A stretch of 63,436 bases of DNA from Alphaproteobacteria bacterium. GTDB taxonomy: Bacteria > Pseudomonadota > Alphaproteobacteria > JAQWUY01. Location of the stretch: contig JBMZFW010000001.1 of NCBI GenBank assembly GCA_049615605.1, positions 1-63,436 on the forward strand, written 5' to 3'. Positions 50,010 through 60,393 of this stretch are shown here, piece by piece. The notes under the pieces are model-generated. The model saw only the letters and a list, made by a program, of their open reading frames with translations, made no database searches and was not told the DNA's origin. The stretch's first letter is position 1. Each line of letters begins with the position of its first letter. The position numbers were made by a program, and so were the translations under genes.

Positions 50010-50037
50010 ATTATAACAAATAAACGCCTTTATTCAA
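50010..50037 (-). promoter_or_regulatory. Sigma-70-like promoter for yajC-secD-secF
   Basis: Minus strand reads TTGAAT, 16 nt, TATAAT (consensus -10). Confidence 0.55.
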
Positions 50038-50040
50038 GGG

Positions 50041-51018
50041 TTATCTTAAATATTTTCTTGGGTTAAGAACTTGGCGTTTTTTTCTGATTTGAAAGTGTAA
50101 TTGGGCTTTCTTTACACGACCTGTACTTCCCACACGACCAATTACTTGGCGTTGTTTTACCACATCACCCCTTTTAACATGAATCTTATCAAGGTGGGCA
50201 TAAACGGTTACAAACTTTTTATCATGCTTAATTAACACCATATTACCGAATGCACGAAGTCCAGAACCAATATAAACAACAACACCATTATCTGATGCAA
50301 CAACTTTTGTGCCTTTTTTCGCCGATATGTTAATACCGTCATTAAATACACCAGTTTCTTTTTTGCCAAATCCAGAAATAAGCTTACCCCTTACAGGATA
50401 AATAAATTTACCATTTGATTTTGGTGTTTGCTTTGAAATCTTTTTAAGGCGTCTTTGTTGTGCCTTTTTCTTAGGGCTAGCACTTGCTGTCTTGGTTGGT
50501 CTTGGCTTATTACCAACTTTTCTAAGTTCAACTTTCTTACGACTGAATGCACCTTCTTTTTTTGTTTTAACTGCAGTTTTTGTAGGTGATGGTGCCTTTA
50601 CCATATTTTTTTTATCAAACGATATGTTTGGAATATTAATATAATTTCCCGCCTGTAGTTTTGTGTTTTTTGTAATATTGTTAAGGCTTGCTAAATCACG
50701 CACCGATACATTAAATTTTCGTGACAATGAATACAGTGTGTCTTTTTTCTTAATAAAATAACGCTTTGCCGATGGTAATTTTAAAACTTGCCCTGCTTCA
50801 ATATAATATGGGGCTTTTAAGTTATTTTTCTTAATTAATGAAGATGTTGATACTTTGTATTTTTTTGCAATGGCATAAACATTATCACCCGCCATTACTT
50901 TATGTGATTTTGCCAAAGGCTTTGCCGGTTCAGTGCGTGCTTCATAAGTTGTTATTTCAAGTGCAAATGCATTGACATTAAAAACAAAAGCAATAATGAA
51001 TGTAATAAGCTTTTTCAT
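50041..51018 (-). CDS. LysM-domain M23 metallopeptidase (NlpD-like)
   Basis: Listed ORF, 325 aa. Signal peptide, LysM repeats, Lys-rich linker, C-terminal M23 domain (HLDKIHV..GSTG..LHFQIR). Confidence 0.88.
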   Translation of the reverse strand: MKKLITFIIAFVFNVNAFALEITTYEARTEPAKPLAKSHKVMAGDNVYAIAKKYKVSTSSLIKKNNLKAPYYIEAGQVLKLPSAKRYFIKKKDTLYSLSRKFNVSVRDLASLNNITKNTKLQAGNYINIPNISFDKKNMVKAPSPTKTAVKTKKEGAFSRKKVELRKVGNKPRPTKTASASPKKKAQQRRLKKISKQTPKSNGKFIYPVRGKLISGFGKKETGVFNDGINISAKKGTKVVASDNGVVVYIGSGLRAFGNMVLIKHDKKFVTVYAHLDKIHVKRGDVVKQRQVIGRVGSTGRVKKAQLHFQIRKKRQVLNPRKYLR

Positions 51019-51644
51019 TAGAAACCCAGACCTTCCAACATTGGTACAAAATCAACTTTGCCCAATTCTTCAATATCAATACCGTCTTCTAGTTTGGTAA
51101 TTTTTAACAAGTCCTGTTCTTCACCCTGTTCACCAACTGGAACAATCATAATCCCACCAAGCTTTAATTGTTCTGTTAAATCAGTTGGAATATCAATTGC
51201 CGAACAAGTTAAAATTATTTTATCAAATGGTGCTTGGTTTTTAAAGCCGTGACCACCATCATCAACCATTGTAATAACATTGTATATTTTCATATTATCA
51301 AATCGTTGCTTTGCCATTTTTGATAAACTTGGGTGGCGTTCAACCGTATATATTTGCCCCGCCAGTTTTGAAAGAATTGATGTTTGATAACCACATCCAG
51401 TACCAATTTCAAGTACCTTGTCTGATTTTTTAAGTTCCAATGATTGCGTCATTTTTGCCACAACTGATGGCAGGGAAATTGTTTGTTCATTACCAATTGG
51501 CAATGTTTGGTCAAGCCAAGCATATTGATGTAATGCAGTTTCAACAAAACTTGTTCTGTCAATATTTACCATTGCGGAAATAACTGCATCGCAAGTAATT
51601 CCTGAACCTTTTAATAAATCAATAAAGCTTTGTGGTGCAATCAT
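51018..51644 (-). CDS. pcm: Protein-L-isoaspartate O-methyltransferase
   Basis: Listed ORF, 208 aa. SAM-binding VLEIGTGCGYQT. Confidence 0.92.
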   Translation of the reverse strand: MIAPQSFIDLLKGSGITCDAVISAMVNIDRTSFVETALHQYAWLDQTLPIGNEQTISLPSVVAKMTQSLELKKSDKVLEIGTGCGYQTSILSKLAGQIYTVERHPSLSKMAKQRFDNMKIYNVITMVDDGGHGFKNQAPFDKIILTCSAIDIPTDLTEQLKLGGIMIVPVGEQGEEQDLLKITKLEDGIDIEELGKVDFVPMLEGLGF

Positions 51645-51647
51645 AAA

Positions 51648-52928
51648 TTAATCTTTCTTGATTACAGTTTTACCACCCATATATGGTTGTAATGCGTCTG
51701 GAACTGTAATTGAACCATCGGCATTTTGATAATTTTCCATTACTGCAATTAATGTACGACCAACCGCAAGACCAGAACCATTTAACGTGTGAACGAATTC
51801 CGTTCCTTTTTCGCCTTTTTTACGGTATCTGCCCTTCATACGACGGGCTTGGAAATCACCACAAGTTGAACAAGATGAAATTTCACGATATGTGTCTTGT
51901 CCTGGAACCCATACTTCAATATCATAAGTGCGTCTTGCACCGAAACCAGTATCGCCTGTACATAATTTAACCACACGGTATGGAAGTTTTAATTTTTTAA
52001 GGATATTTTCCGCACAACCAGTCATTCTTTCCAATTCTTCGTCTGATTTATCAGGTTCAACAATTGAAACCATTTCAACCTTATAAAACTGGTGTTGTCT
52101 TAACATACCCCTTGTATCACGACCCGCTGAACCAGCTTCACTGCGGAAACATAATGTCCACGCCGTCATTCGCTTTGGTAATTCAGATTGTTCAAAGATA
52201 GTATCATTTGCAAAATTCGTTAATGTTACTTCCGATGTTGGAATAAGGTAATGGTCAGCCGTTGTTTTAAATAAATCTTCTTCAAACTTTGGTAATTGAC
52301 CTGTTCCCATTAAAGCGTCTTGCTTAACAAGAACTGGTGTTTGATATTCCGTTAAACCGTGTTCTGTTGTATGGGTATCAAGCATTAATGTTGCAAGCGC
52401 CCTTTCCATTTGTGCAAGTTCTTTGTTTAATGTAACAAACCTTGAACCAGAAAGTTTTGCCGAATATTCAAAATCCATCATACCAAGATTTTCACCCAGT
52501 TCCCAATGTTCCTTTGCTTCAAAATCAAAGCTTGGAATATCGCCCACTGTACGAAGAAGTTCATTATCTTCTTCATCTGCACCTTCTGGAATATCAGGAT
52601 ACATAATGTTTGGCAGTGTTGATAATTGATATGTTAATTTTTCAGATAATTCACGCTCTTTATTTTCAAGACCTTGTAATTCATCTTTCATATCGGCAAC
52701 TTCTTGCATAATTTTTTCTGCATCAGCGTCTTGACCATTTGCCTTCATTACACCAATTTCTTTTGACTTGGCATTACGGGTTGCTTGTAATTCTTGCATT
52801 TCCGTTTGCGTATCACGGCGTTCTTTATCCAATTCCAAGATGGCTGGGCTTTGCTTATCAAGACCACGGCGTGCCATTTCATTGTCAAATTGTTCAGGGT
52901 TTTCACGAATAAACTTCAAGTCGTGCAT
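51648..52928 (-). CDS. serS: Serine--tRNA ligase
   Basis: Listed ORF, 426 aa. N-terminal coiled coil and class II motifs. Confidence 0.96.
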   Translation of the reverse strand: MHDLKFIRENPEQFDNEMARRGLDKQSPAILELDKERRDTQTEMQELQATRNAKSKEIGVMKANGQDADAEKIMQEVADMKDELQGLENKERELSEKLTYQLSTLPNIMYPDIPEGADEEDNELLRTVGDIPSFDFEAKEHWELGENLGMMDFEYSAKLSGSRFVTLNKELAQMERALATLMLDTHTTEHGLTEYQTPVLVKQDALMGTGQLPKFEEDLFKTTADHYLIPTSEVTLTNFANDTIFEQSELPKRMTAWTLCFRSEAGSAGRDTRGMLRQHQFYKVEMVSIVEPDKSDEELERMTGCAENILKKLKLPYRVVKLCTGDTGFGARRTYDIEVWVPGQDTYREISSCSTCGDFQARRMKGRYRKKGEKGTEFVHTLNGSGLAVGRTLIAVMENYQNADGSITVPDALQPYMGGKTVIKKD

Positions 52929-52929
52929 T

Positions 52930-53706
52930 TTACTTTCCTTTTAATTTCTTTTTATTGTTTTTCTTTTTATCTGATTTCATAAAACCAGCAATAATAATAG
53001 ATATTTCATAAAGCAATATCATTGGTACAGCAAGTCCAATTTGCGATAACGGATCAGGTGGTGTTAAAACAGCCGCAACCACAAATGAAATTAATATGGC
53101 ATATCTGCGTTTTTGTTTTAAACCTTGGGATGATGTAATACCAACTTGTACCAATAACAATAACAATACTGGTAATTCAAAAGCCAAACCAAATGCAAAA
53201 ATAAGTCGCATTACCAAGCTAAGGTATTCATCAACTTTTGATTCAAGTTGAATTGATAAAGTATTGTCCCCGCCCATTTGTTCAAAACCAACAAAGAATT
53301 CCCATGCAACAGGAAGAACAAAGTAATACACAAATGCAGAACCAATAAAGAATAATATTGGTGTCATAATTAAAAATGGTAAAAATACCTTCTTTTCATT
53401 TTTATATAAACCTGGTGCAACAAACCCCCATATTTGTGTTGATATGATTGGAAACACAAACATAAACGATGCAAAGAATGCTAGCTTTACATTGGTAAAG
53501 AATTTTTCAGCAAGTCCAGTATAAATTAATCTGCGGTCTGATATATCGCCGAACACATCAACCAATGGTGCTGTTAAAAAGTTAAATATAAAGTCCGCAT
53601 AATAAAAACAAATAAAGAAACCAACCAGCAACGTGCCAAAGCTTATCATAAGCCTTGTGCGAAGCTCTTTTAAATGTGAAATAAATGTATCGTTAGTATT
53701 TTCCAT
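52930..53706 (-). CDS. tatC: Twin-arginine translocase subunit TatC
   Basis: Listed ORF, 258 aa. N-terminal HLKELRTRL and a six-TM profile. Confidence 0.94.
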   Translation of the reverse strand: MENTNDTFISHLKELRTRLMISFGTLLVGFFICFYYADFIFNFLTAPLVDVFGDISDRRLIYTGLAEKFFTNVKLAFFASFMFVFPIISTQIWGFVAPGLYKNEKKVFLPFLIMTPILFFIGSAFVYYFVLPVAWEFFVGFEQMGGDNTLSIQLESKVDEYLSLVMRLIFAFGLAFELPVLLLLLVQVGITSSQGLKQKRRYAILISFVVAAVLTPPDPLSQIGLAVPMILLYEISIIIAGFMKSDKKKNNKKKLKGK

Positions 53707-54059
53707 TATTTCTTAGACTTCTTTGTTTTTGATTTTTTAGACTTTGCTTTTTTAGATTTTGCTTTTTTCTTTGGCTTAACTTCATCATCAAATGCGTTGT
53801 TTTGGGCAAGCCTACGATTTGCTTCTTCTATGTTTTTTTCAAGATCAGCATTATTGCGTTTAAGCTCATCCATAATTTCAACATAATCTTCTTGGTCTGC
53901 GATATCATTCATAGTGCGGCTAAATTCGCTAGTCATATTGCGAATTTTTGATAAAATATTGCTAATGCCACGAATAACTTTTGGCATTTCCTTTGGTCCA
54001 ACCACAACAACAGCGATTGCACCAATCACAAGGATTTCAGACCAACCTAAATCAAGCAT
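53706..54059 (-). CDS. tatB: Twin-arginine translocase subunit TatB
   Basis: Listed ORF, 117 aa. N-terminal MLDLGWSEILVIGAIAVVVVGPKEMP. Lys-rich tail. Confidence 0.9.
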   Translation of the reverse strand: MLDLGWSEILVIGAIAVVVVGPKEMPKVIRGISNILSKIRNMTSEFSRTMNDIADQEDYVEIMDELKRNNADLEKNIEEANRRLAQNNAFDDEVKPKKKAKSKKAKSKKSKTKKSKK

Positions 54060-54067
54060 AATTTACC

Positions 54068-54232
54068 TTAATCTTTTTTAGATTTTTTAGAGTCGTCTTT
54101 TACGTTCTTTTTGAATTCTTTTAAGCCTTTGCCAAAATCACCCATAATGCGTGATAATTTACCGCCACCGCCAAATAAAACTAAAACGATAACTGCAACG
54201 ATTAACCAGTGCCAAATACTAAATGCGCCCAT
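54068..54232 (-). CDS. tatA: Twin-arginine translocase subunit TatA (54 aa, below the ORF-track cutoff)
   Basis: Translated by hand: [58 protein letters not shown] lies 7 nt upstream. Stop is 8 nt before the tatB ATG. Confidence 0.9.
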   Translation of the reverse strand: MGAFSIWHWLIVAVIVLVLFGGGGKLSRIMGDFGKGLKEFKKNVKDDSKKSKKD

Positions 54233-54270
54233 GATGAAGCTCCTTATTTTTATTATTTAATTCAATGTAA

Positions 54271-54299
54271 AATATAACTTAAAAATCAAGCATAGACAA
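54271..54299 (-). promoter_or_regulatory. Sigma-70-like promoter for tatA-tatB-tatC
   Basis: Minus strand reads TTGTCT, 17 nt, TATATT. Confidence 0.45.
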
Positions 54300-54303
54300 C
54301 GAT

Positions 54304-54975
54304 TTATTTTATTTTAGTAATCTTTTTGTTTTTTAATGAGTAAATTTTATCAGTCTTTTTTGCTAAATCCATATCATGGGTAACACAAAGCAATGAAAAA
54401 CCCTTTTTCTTTACAAGACCAATAAGCAAATCCCAAATCTTTTTTGTATTTTCATCGTCTAGATTTCCCGTTGGTTCATCAGCCAATATAATATTTGGAT
54501 TGTTTGCAATCCCCCTTGCAATGGCAACCCTTTGGGCTTCACCGCCTGATAATTTTAATGAAGATGAATTTGCCTTATCAGCAAGCCCCACTTCTTTTAA
54601 CAATTCAATTGCCCTTGCCTTTGATTCATTGCGTGAAACACCCGCAACCCACATTGGATAAGCAACATTTTCCCAAACATTAAATTCAGGTAATAAATTA
54701 TGGAATTGATAAATAAAACCAATATCATTTAAACGAATTTTTGTTTTTTTAGCTTCTGATAATTTATTAACATTTGTCCCTTTAACAACAACATCGCCAT
54801 CGTCATAACCATCCAATAATCCAGCAATATGTAGCAATGTTGATTTACCCGAACCACTTGACCCAACAAGGCTTACCGCTTCGCCAGACATTAATTTTAA
54901 ATCAATCCCGCTAAGTATTTCATCAACACCGTATGATTTTTTAATGTTTTTAATTTCAAGTAATGTATTAGTCAT
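54304..54975 (-). CDS. lolD: Lipoprotein-releasing system ATP-binding protein
   Basis: Listed ORF, 223 aa. Walker A GSSGSGKST and signature LSGGEAQR. 8-nt ATGACTAA overlap with the upstream permease. Confidence 0.88.
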   Translation of the reverse strand: MTNTLLEIKNIKKSYGVDEILSGIDLKLMSGEAVSLVGSSGSGKSTLLHIAGLLDGYDDGDVVVKGTNVNKLSEAKKTKIRLNDIGFIYQFHNLLPEFNVWENVAYPMWVAGVSRNESKARAIELLKEVGLADKANSSSLKLSGGEAQRVAIARGIANNPNIILADEPTGNLDDENTKKIWDLLIGLVKKKGFSLLCVTHDMDLAKKTDKIYSLKNKKITKIK

Positions 54976-56206
54976 TGCGAAGCCCTTGTACTGGGTTCAT
55001 ACGCCCCGCCCTTATGGCTGGGTAAAGCCCCGCCAGTAATGATAATGCAATACTGTATATAACAATTAATGTTAATTCATTTTCATTATAAACAATTGGA
55101 ATTTGGTTTAAGTGATATATTTCTGGATTAAATATTTCCACGCCAAAGTTGTTTTTTAAATATATACGAATTGTTTCAAGGTTATCAGCAACCAACACCC
55201 CAAGACCAAGTCCCAAGAATGTACCAATAAGCCCAATAAATGAACCAACGATAAAGAATATCTTAATTATTGAAAACCTGCTTACACCAAGTGTTCTTAG
55301 GATTGCGATTGATTTTTTATGGTCTTTTACAATCATAATCTGCCCAGTGATAATATTAAACACGGCGATTAAAATCATTACAGATAAAATAATAAACATT
55401 GTGTTTCGTTCCACTTCCAGTGCATTAAAGAACGAACTGTTTACCCTTGCCCATGCATCAACATATTTCACTTTAAATTTATTTTCGTGTTTTGCCACCC
55501 AATCATTTGCCTTATCCGCATCATCAAGGGTTGCCTCAATTTGTGTCACACCTTTTATACCAAAGAATTTTTGTGCCTTATGAAGTGGCATAAATATCAT
55601 ACCGTTATCATAACGATACATTCCAACTTCAAAGTAACCAACAACTTTGTATTTTTTAACCTTTGCCTTTGGAATTAACGCATTAACATCACCATCTGGT
55701 ATCATAAGGGCAATGCTGTCGCCTTTATAAATTCCATAGTTACGGGATAATCTTTTGCCAATTAATACACCTTGCCCTGTTTCAAAGTTTCTTAAATCAT
55801 TCTTTGAAATTGCTGTTTTGAAAATTTCACGATCTTTTAAAGACCGTACCCTTACCCCACGCACAATAATACCACGGGAATTTGACCCCGCACTTAACAA
55901 TGCACTTTTCTGCAGGTACCCAGTTGCGGAACGGATATCTTTGTACCCTTGTAATTGTTTTTCAATTACTTTGTAATTTGTGATACTGTTTGCACCGTTG
56001 CTAAGGGTAACGTGTCCATTAATACCAAGGACTTTCATTAATAATTCTTGGCGGAAACCACCCATTACTGACATTACAAGGACAAGGGCACAAACCCCAA
56101 GTATAATGCCAACAAGGGCGAACCAACTTACAACCGATATAAAGTTATCGTCCTTTTTTGAACGAACATATCGCCACGCAGTTAACAGTTCAAATCGTGA
56201 AAACAT
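54968..56206 (-). CDS. Lipoprotein-releasing system permease (LolC/E family)
   Basis: Listed ORF, 412 aa. MacB-like FtsX-fold permease with a large periplasmic loop. Confidence 0.88.
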   Translation of the reverse strand: MFSRFELLTAWRYVRSKKDDNFISVVSWFALVGIILGVCALVLVMSVMGGFRQELLMKVLGINGHVTLSNGANSITNYKVIEKQLQGYKDIRSATGYLQKSALLSAGSNSRGIIVRGVRVRSLKDREIFKTAISKNDLRNFETGQGVLIGKRLSRNYGIYKGDSIALMIPDGDVNALIPKAKVKKYKVVGYFEVGMYRYDNGMIFMPLHKAQKFFGIKGVTQIEATLDDADKANDWVAKHENKFKVKYVDAWARVNSSFFNALEVERNTMFIILSVMILIAVFNIITGQIMIVKDHKKSIAILRTLGVSRFSIIKIFFIVGSFIGLIGTFLGLGLGVLVADNLETIRIYLKNNFGVEIFNPEIYHLNQIPIVYNENELTLIVIYSIALSLLAGLYPAIRAGRMNPVQGLRND

Positions 56207-57552
56207 TAATTACCTTTTACTTTTTCCATTGCTTGGGCAAATGTCATTTCTTCTGATGAACCATCTTTTCTATTTTTAAGTTCAACTAAGCCTTTTTCCA
56301 ATGACTTTTTACCAACAACAATAAACCACGGAAGACCAATTAATTCCATATCCGCAAATTTTGCACCTGCCCCCATATCGCGGTCATCGTATGCAACCTC
56401 AATACCAGCATCTTGTAATTGTTCGTAATATTCTTCACAAGCATTTACACAATTTTCATCTTTGCCCGATACATTAATTAAGGCAACATCAAATGGTGCA
56501 ACAGATTGCGGGAATAAAATACCTTTATCATCGTGGAATGCTTCAATAATTGCGGCAAATACACGGCTTACCCCAATACCATATGAACCCATGTGTACTG
56601 GTGTTAATTTACCATCACTATCGGCAACCTTTAAGCCCATTGGTTCTGAATACTTTGTACCAAAGTAAAAAATATGACCAACTTCAATACCGCGGGTTGC
56701 AACTTTTTTACTTTCGTCAACTTTGTTCCATTCATCTTCAACAAACATTTCATCAGTTGAAGCATACTTTTCAGTCCATTTATCAACAAGCGGTTGTAAA
56801 TCACCACGATAATCAACTTTTTCATCTAGGATATTATAATCAAGAACATCTTTATCACAGAATACTTCACTTTCACCTGTATCAGCTAAAATAATAAATT
56901 CGTGGCTTAATTTTCCACCAATTGGACCAGTATCAGCCTGCATTGGAATTGCTTTAACCCCAAGGCGTGCAAATGTGCGTAAATATGAAATAAATATCTT
57001 GTTATATATTTTTTGGTGTTCTTCTTCACTTATTGCAAAGCCATAACCATCTTTCATTAAGAATTCACGCCCACGCATAACGCCGAACCTTGGACGAATT
57101 TCATCACGGAATTTCCATTGAATTTGGAAAATATTTTTCGGTAAATCTTTGTACGATTGTGCAAAGTTTGAAAAGATGTCCGTTATCATTTCTTCATTTG
57201 TTGGACCAAATAACATTTCTTGTTCGTGACGATCTGTAATTCGTAACATTTCTTGACCATAATCGTCATAACGACCAGACTTCTTCCATAAATCAGCTGA
57301 TTGGATTGTTGGCATTAACATTTCACAAGCACCAATTTTGTTTTGTTCCTGTGAAATAATTTCAGAAATTTTTGTAAGAATACGATAACCAAGTGGCAAC
57401 CAAGAATAAATACCAGAACTTTCCTGTCTTATCATACCGCTACGCAACATTAATTGATGGCTTACAATTTGTGCATCAGATGGTGCATTTCTTAGCGTTG
57501 GCATAAAAAATTCAGTAAGACGAACGCCTTTACAAAGTTTAGTTGTTTGCAT
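56206..57552 (-). CDS. proS: Proline--tRNA ligase, short form without the large insertion (editing) domain
   Basis: Listed ORF, 448 aa. Class II motifs and a C-terminal anticodon-binding domain. The N-terminal start is uncertain (ATG 57552 or ATG 57504). Confidence 0.93.
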   Translation of the reverse strand: MQTTKLCKGVRLTEFFMPTLRNAPSDAQIVSHQLMLRSGMIRQESSGIYSWLPLGYRILTKISEIISQEQNKIGACEMLMPTIQSADLWKKSGRYDDYGQEMLRITDRHEQEMLFGPTNEEMITDIFSNFAQSYKDLPKNIFQIQWKFRDEIRPRFGVMRGREFLMKDGYGFAISEEEHQKIYNKIFISYLRTFARLGVKAIPMQADTGPIGGKLSHEFIILADTGESEVFCDKDVLDYNILDEKVDYRGDLQPLVDKWTEKYASTDEMFVEDEWNKVDESKKVATRGIEVGHIFYFGTKYSEPMGLKVADSDGKLTPVHMGSYGIGVSRVFAAIIEAFHDDKGILFPQSVAPFDVALINVSGKDENCVNACEEYYEQLQDAGIEVAYDDRDMGAGAKFADMELIGLPWFIVVGKKSLEKGLVELKNRKDGSSEEMTFAQAMEKVKGN

Positions 57553-57627
57553 TTATTATTATTCCTTAAATCGCAATGTTAGTTTGTTTTTTAATAAACT
57601 ACTAAAAAATTGGGATAAAGTATAGTT

Positions 57628-59265
57628 TTATTTTACTTTACGGTTTGTAAAATATGACAAAATAATCACTGGTATCATACCAAGGGCTACCATTATTAAC
57701 GCCCCTATTGATGCTTGTTCAATTAAATCATCACTGGCAAATTGGTATACATATGTTGCAAGGGTTTCGTAATTAAATGGTCTTAACAACAATGTTGCGG
57801 GCAATTCCTTAACAATATCAACAAATACAATAATTGCCCCCGATATAAGCCCTGTCTTAATTAATGGAAAATGAATCTTTGAAATAATATTAAGTTTTGA
57901 ATGCCCCATAAGTTTGGCAACATCGTCCATAGTATAACTTACCCTTTGCAATGAATTTTCCACAGAACCAACACCAACATTAATAAATTTAGCCACATAA
58001 GCATAAATAAGAAGCATTGTTCCGCCTGATAATAATAATCCCGTACTTATATTAAAGTATTCAATCATAATTCCATCAATCAAATTGTCAAAGTTTGCAA
58101 ATGGAATGAATACCCCAATTGCAAATACCCCGCCTGGAACCGCATACCCCGAACGGGCAAAAGCAATTAAAGCATTATTGATTTTTAAATGACCTTTGGC
58201 ACGACTGTAATAACCAAGCAATATACTGAAAAACATGACAATTACCACGCCAAGGCTAGCAAGCGATAATGAATTAAGTAAGTATTCAGTGTATTTGCTA
58301 GTATATGCTTGTTCAAAAAACCTTATTGAATAATCAAGCAATATCCCCGCAGGGATTACAAACCCCATAAATACCAAGCCCCAACAAAAAACAACACTTA
58401 ATATTTTTTTATATTTACTTAATTCAATTAATTTATATGGTTTTACCAAGCTGTTTGTTGATAAATATATACTTTGCTTATTGCGGTAAAACTTATCCAT
58501 ATACAGCAGTAAAAATACAAATATTAACATTACCAATGCAATTTGTGATGCAAAGCCCACATCATTCATTTCAAGCCATACATCGTATATGGCAAATGTA
58601 AGTGTGTGAATGCCAAACAATGAAACCACGCCAAAATCACCCATTGTTTCCATTAATACCAATATTGAACCAACAAATATTGAAGGAAGTGCAATTGGTA
58701 ATGATACTTTAAAGAAACTGCTTGTTGCGGAATGCCCCATCACCTTTGTAATTTCAAGAACATATCCCGATTGCTGAATAAACGAAGCCCTTGCCATTAA
58801 ATAAACATACGGATACATAACAATGGCACTTACAAATACTGCACCCCACATTGTACGGAAATCAAAGAATGAATATTCAGTGTATGAAGTATATCCAAAT
58901 ATTGCCCTGTATATGGTTTGAACAAGACCAGAATATTCAAAAAATTCTGCATAAACAAATGCAACTACATAAGCGGGAATTGCAAATGGGAATAATAATG
59001 CCCATTGTAATATTTTTCTTGATGGAATGTTAATTACACTTACAATCCACGCACTTAATGTGCCAAGCACAGTTGCCAATATACAAGTGCCAAAAGTGTA
59101 AATTAAAGTATTAACTAAATAACCAGGAAATACCGTTGATAAGTAATGTTTCCACATTGATTCTTCGGGGAATAATGCCAAAACGAAAATAGCAATAAGG
59201 GGAATTGCAATTATTAATGCAATCCCCCCTATTGTAAATTGTAAGTACTTAGTATTTTGAATCAT
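57628..59265 (-). CDS. ABC transporter permease, duplicated (two-module) ferric/thiamine-type
   Basis: Listed ORF, 545 aa, about 12 TM segments in two repeated halves. Confidence 0.85.
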   Translation of the reverse strand: MIQNTKYLQFTIGGIALIIAIPLIAIFVLALFPEESMWKHYLSTVFPGYLVNTLIYTFGTCILATVLGTLSAWIVSVINIPSRKILQWALLFPFAIPAYVVAFVYAEFFEYSGLVQTIYRAIFGYTSYTEYSFFDFRTMWGAVFVSAIVMYPYVYLMARASFIQQSGYVLEITKVMGHSATSSFFKVSLPIALPSIFVGSILVLMETMGDFGVVSLFGIHTLTFAIYDVWLEMNDVGFASQIALVMLIFVFLLLYMDKFYRNKQSIYLSTNSLVKPYKLIELSKYKKILSVVFCWGLVFMGFVIPAGILLDYSIRFFEQAYTSKYTEYLLNSLSLASLGVVIVMFFSILLGYYSRAKGHLKINNALIAFARSGYAVPGGVFAIGVFIPFANFDNLIDGIMIEYFNISTGLLLSGGTMLLIYAYVAKFINVGVGSVENSLQRVSYTMDDVAKLMGHSKLNIISKIHFPLIKTGLISGAIIVFVDIVKELPATLLLRPFNYETLATYVYQFASDDLIEQASIGALIMVALGMIPVIILSYFTNRKVK

Positions 59266-59283
59266 ACCTTATACTAATTTATC

Positions 59284-60306
59284 TTAGTCGTTAAAACCAG
59301 TTTTATTTACTAGCTTCACCGCATCTTTTGCTTCATCAGCAATGTCTGATAAGCTTACAGATGTATCAATTTTAAGTTTACCACCTGCACTTTTGTGCCA
59401 AGATTTAACTTTGTCTGATACAGAAACCCTTGAGTTCACAGGCATTTCATTGTTACCTTCTGCATAAAGTTTTTGTGCGTAATCAGATGTTAAGAATTCA
59501 ATTAATTCAATCGCAACATCTTTGTTTTTCGCATACTTTGTTAAGGCGATACCAGCAAGGTTCGTGTGAACACCTTTGCCTGCTTGGTCTGGCCATACTA
59601 AGTTAACTGAATTAGCCCAAGCAATCTGGTCTTTATTCTTAAGCATTTTACCATAGTAGTAATCATTACCAACTGCGATATCACAAACACCTTCGTATAC
59701 AGCTTTAACCTGTGCACGGTCATTACCTTTTGGTTTGCGTGCTAAGTTTGCTTTTAAGCCTTCTAACCACTGTTTAGCTTTCGCTTCACCGTGACGGTTA
59801 ATCATATAAGAGATTAAACCAATATTGTATTTGTTAGTACCAGAACGGATACAGATTTTACCTTTCCATTTTGGATCAGCTAAGTCCATATAAGTTTTGA
59901 TAGCACCTTTTTTTACACGATCTTTTGAAGTGTAAATAATTCTTGCGCGTTGTGATAAACCAATCCATTCACCATCTTCATCACGGAAGTTAGCAGGAAC
60001 ATTTTTATTTACAACAGAAGAATCAACTTCTTGTGAAAGATCCATCTTTTTGATTTTGTGTAAATTAGAAATATCAACAGTCATAATCACATCAGCTTTT
60101 GTGTTTTTGCCTTCTGATTTTACTTTTTGTAATAAACCTTTTTTCGCAACAAGAACATTTACTTTGTGACCTGTTTTCTTTTCAAATTCAGCGAATAACT
60201 GTTTTGTTAAGAATGCTTGGCGGTATGAATAAACATTCACTTCACCAGCCATTGCACTAGTTGCAACGAAAGCCGTTGCCAATGAACCTAGTAATATTTT
60301 TTTCAT
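59284..60306 (-). CDS. Periplasmic substrate-binding protein of ferric-iron (FbpA/AfuA/FutA) type
   Basis: Listed ORF, 340 aa. Signal peptide followed by EVNVYSYRQ, typical of this SBP family. Substrate not proven. Confidence 0.78.
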   Translation of the reverse strand: MKKILLGSLATAFVATSAMAGEVNVYSYRQAFLTKQLFAEFEKKTGHKVNVLVAKKGLLQKVKSEGKNTKADVIMTVDISNLHKIKKMDLSQEVDSSVVNKNVPANFRDEDGEWIGLSQRARIIYTSKDRVKKGAIKTYMDLADPKWKGKICIRSGTNKYNIGLISYMINRHGEAKAKQWLEGLKANLARKPKGNDRAQVKAVYEGVCDIAVGNDYYYGKMLKNKDQIAWANSVNLVWPDQAGKGVHTNLAGIALTKYAKNKDVAIELIEFLTSDYAQKLYAEGNNEMPVNSRVSVSDKVKSWHKSAGGKLKIDTSVSLSDIADEAKDAVKLVNKTGFND

Positions 60307-60331
60307 TATTTTTACTCTTTAAAATTAAATG

Positions 60332-60381
60332 GTACGAATTTTGTACGAATATAATTTAACAAAAGCGACACCCTATGTCAA
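60332..60381 (-). promoter_or_regulatory. Internal promoter plus phased direct repeat (2 x GTACGAAT) upstream of the SBP gene
   Basis: On the minus strand the -35 TTGACA is at 60376-60381. After 17 nt comes the -10 TAAATT at 60353-60358. ATTCGTAC-AAA-ATTCGTAC follows at 60332-60350 with an 11-nt period, around the expected transcription start. Confidence 0.5.
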
Positions 60382-60393
60382 TACAATACTGTA

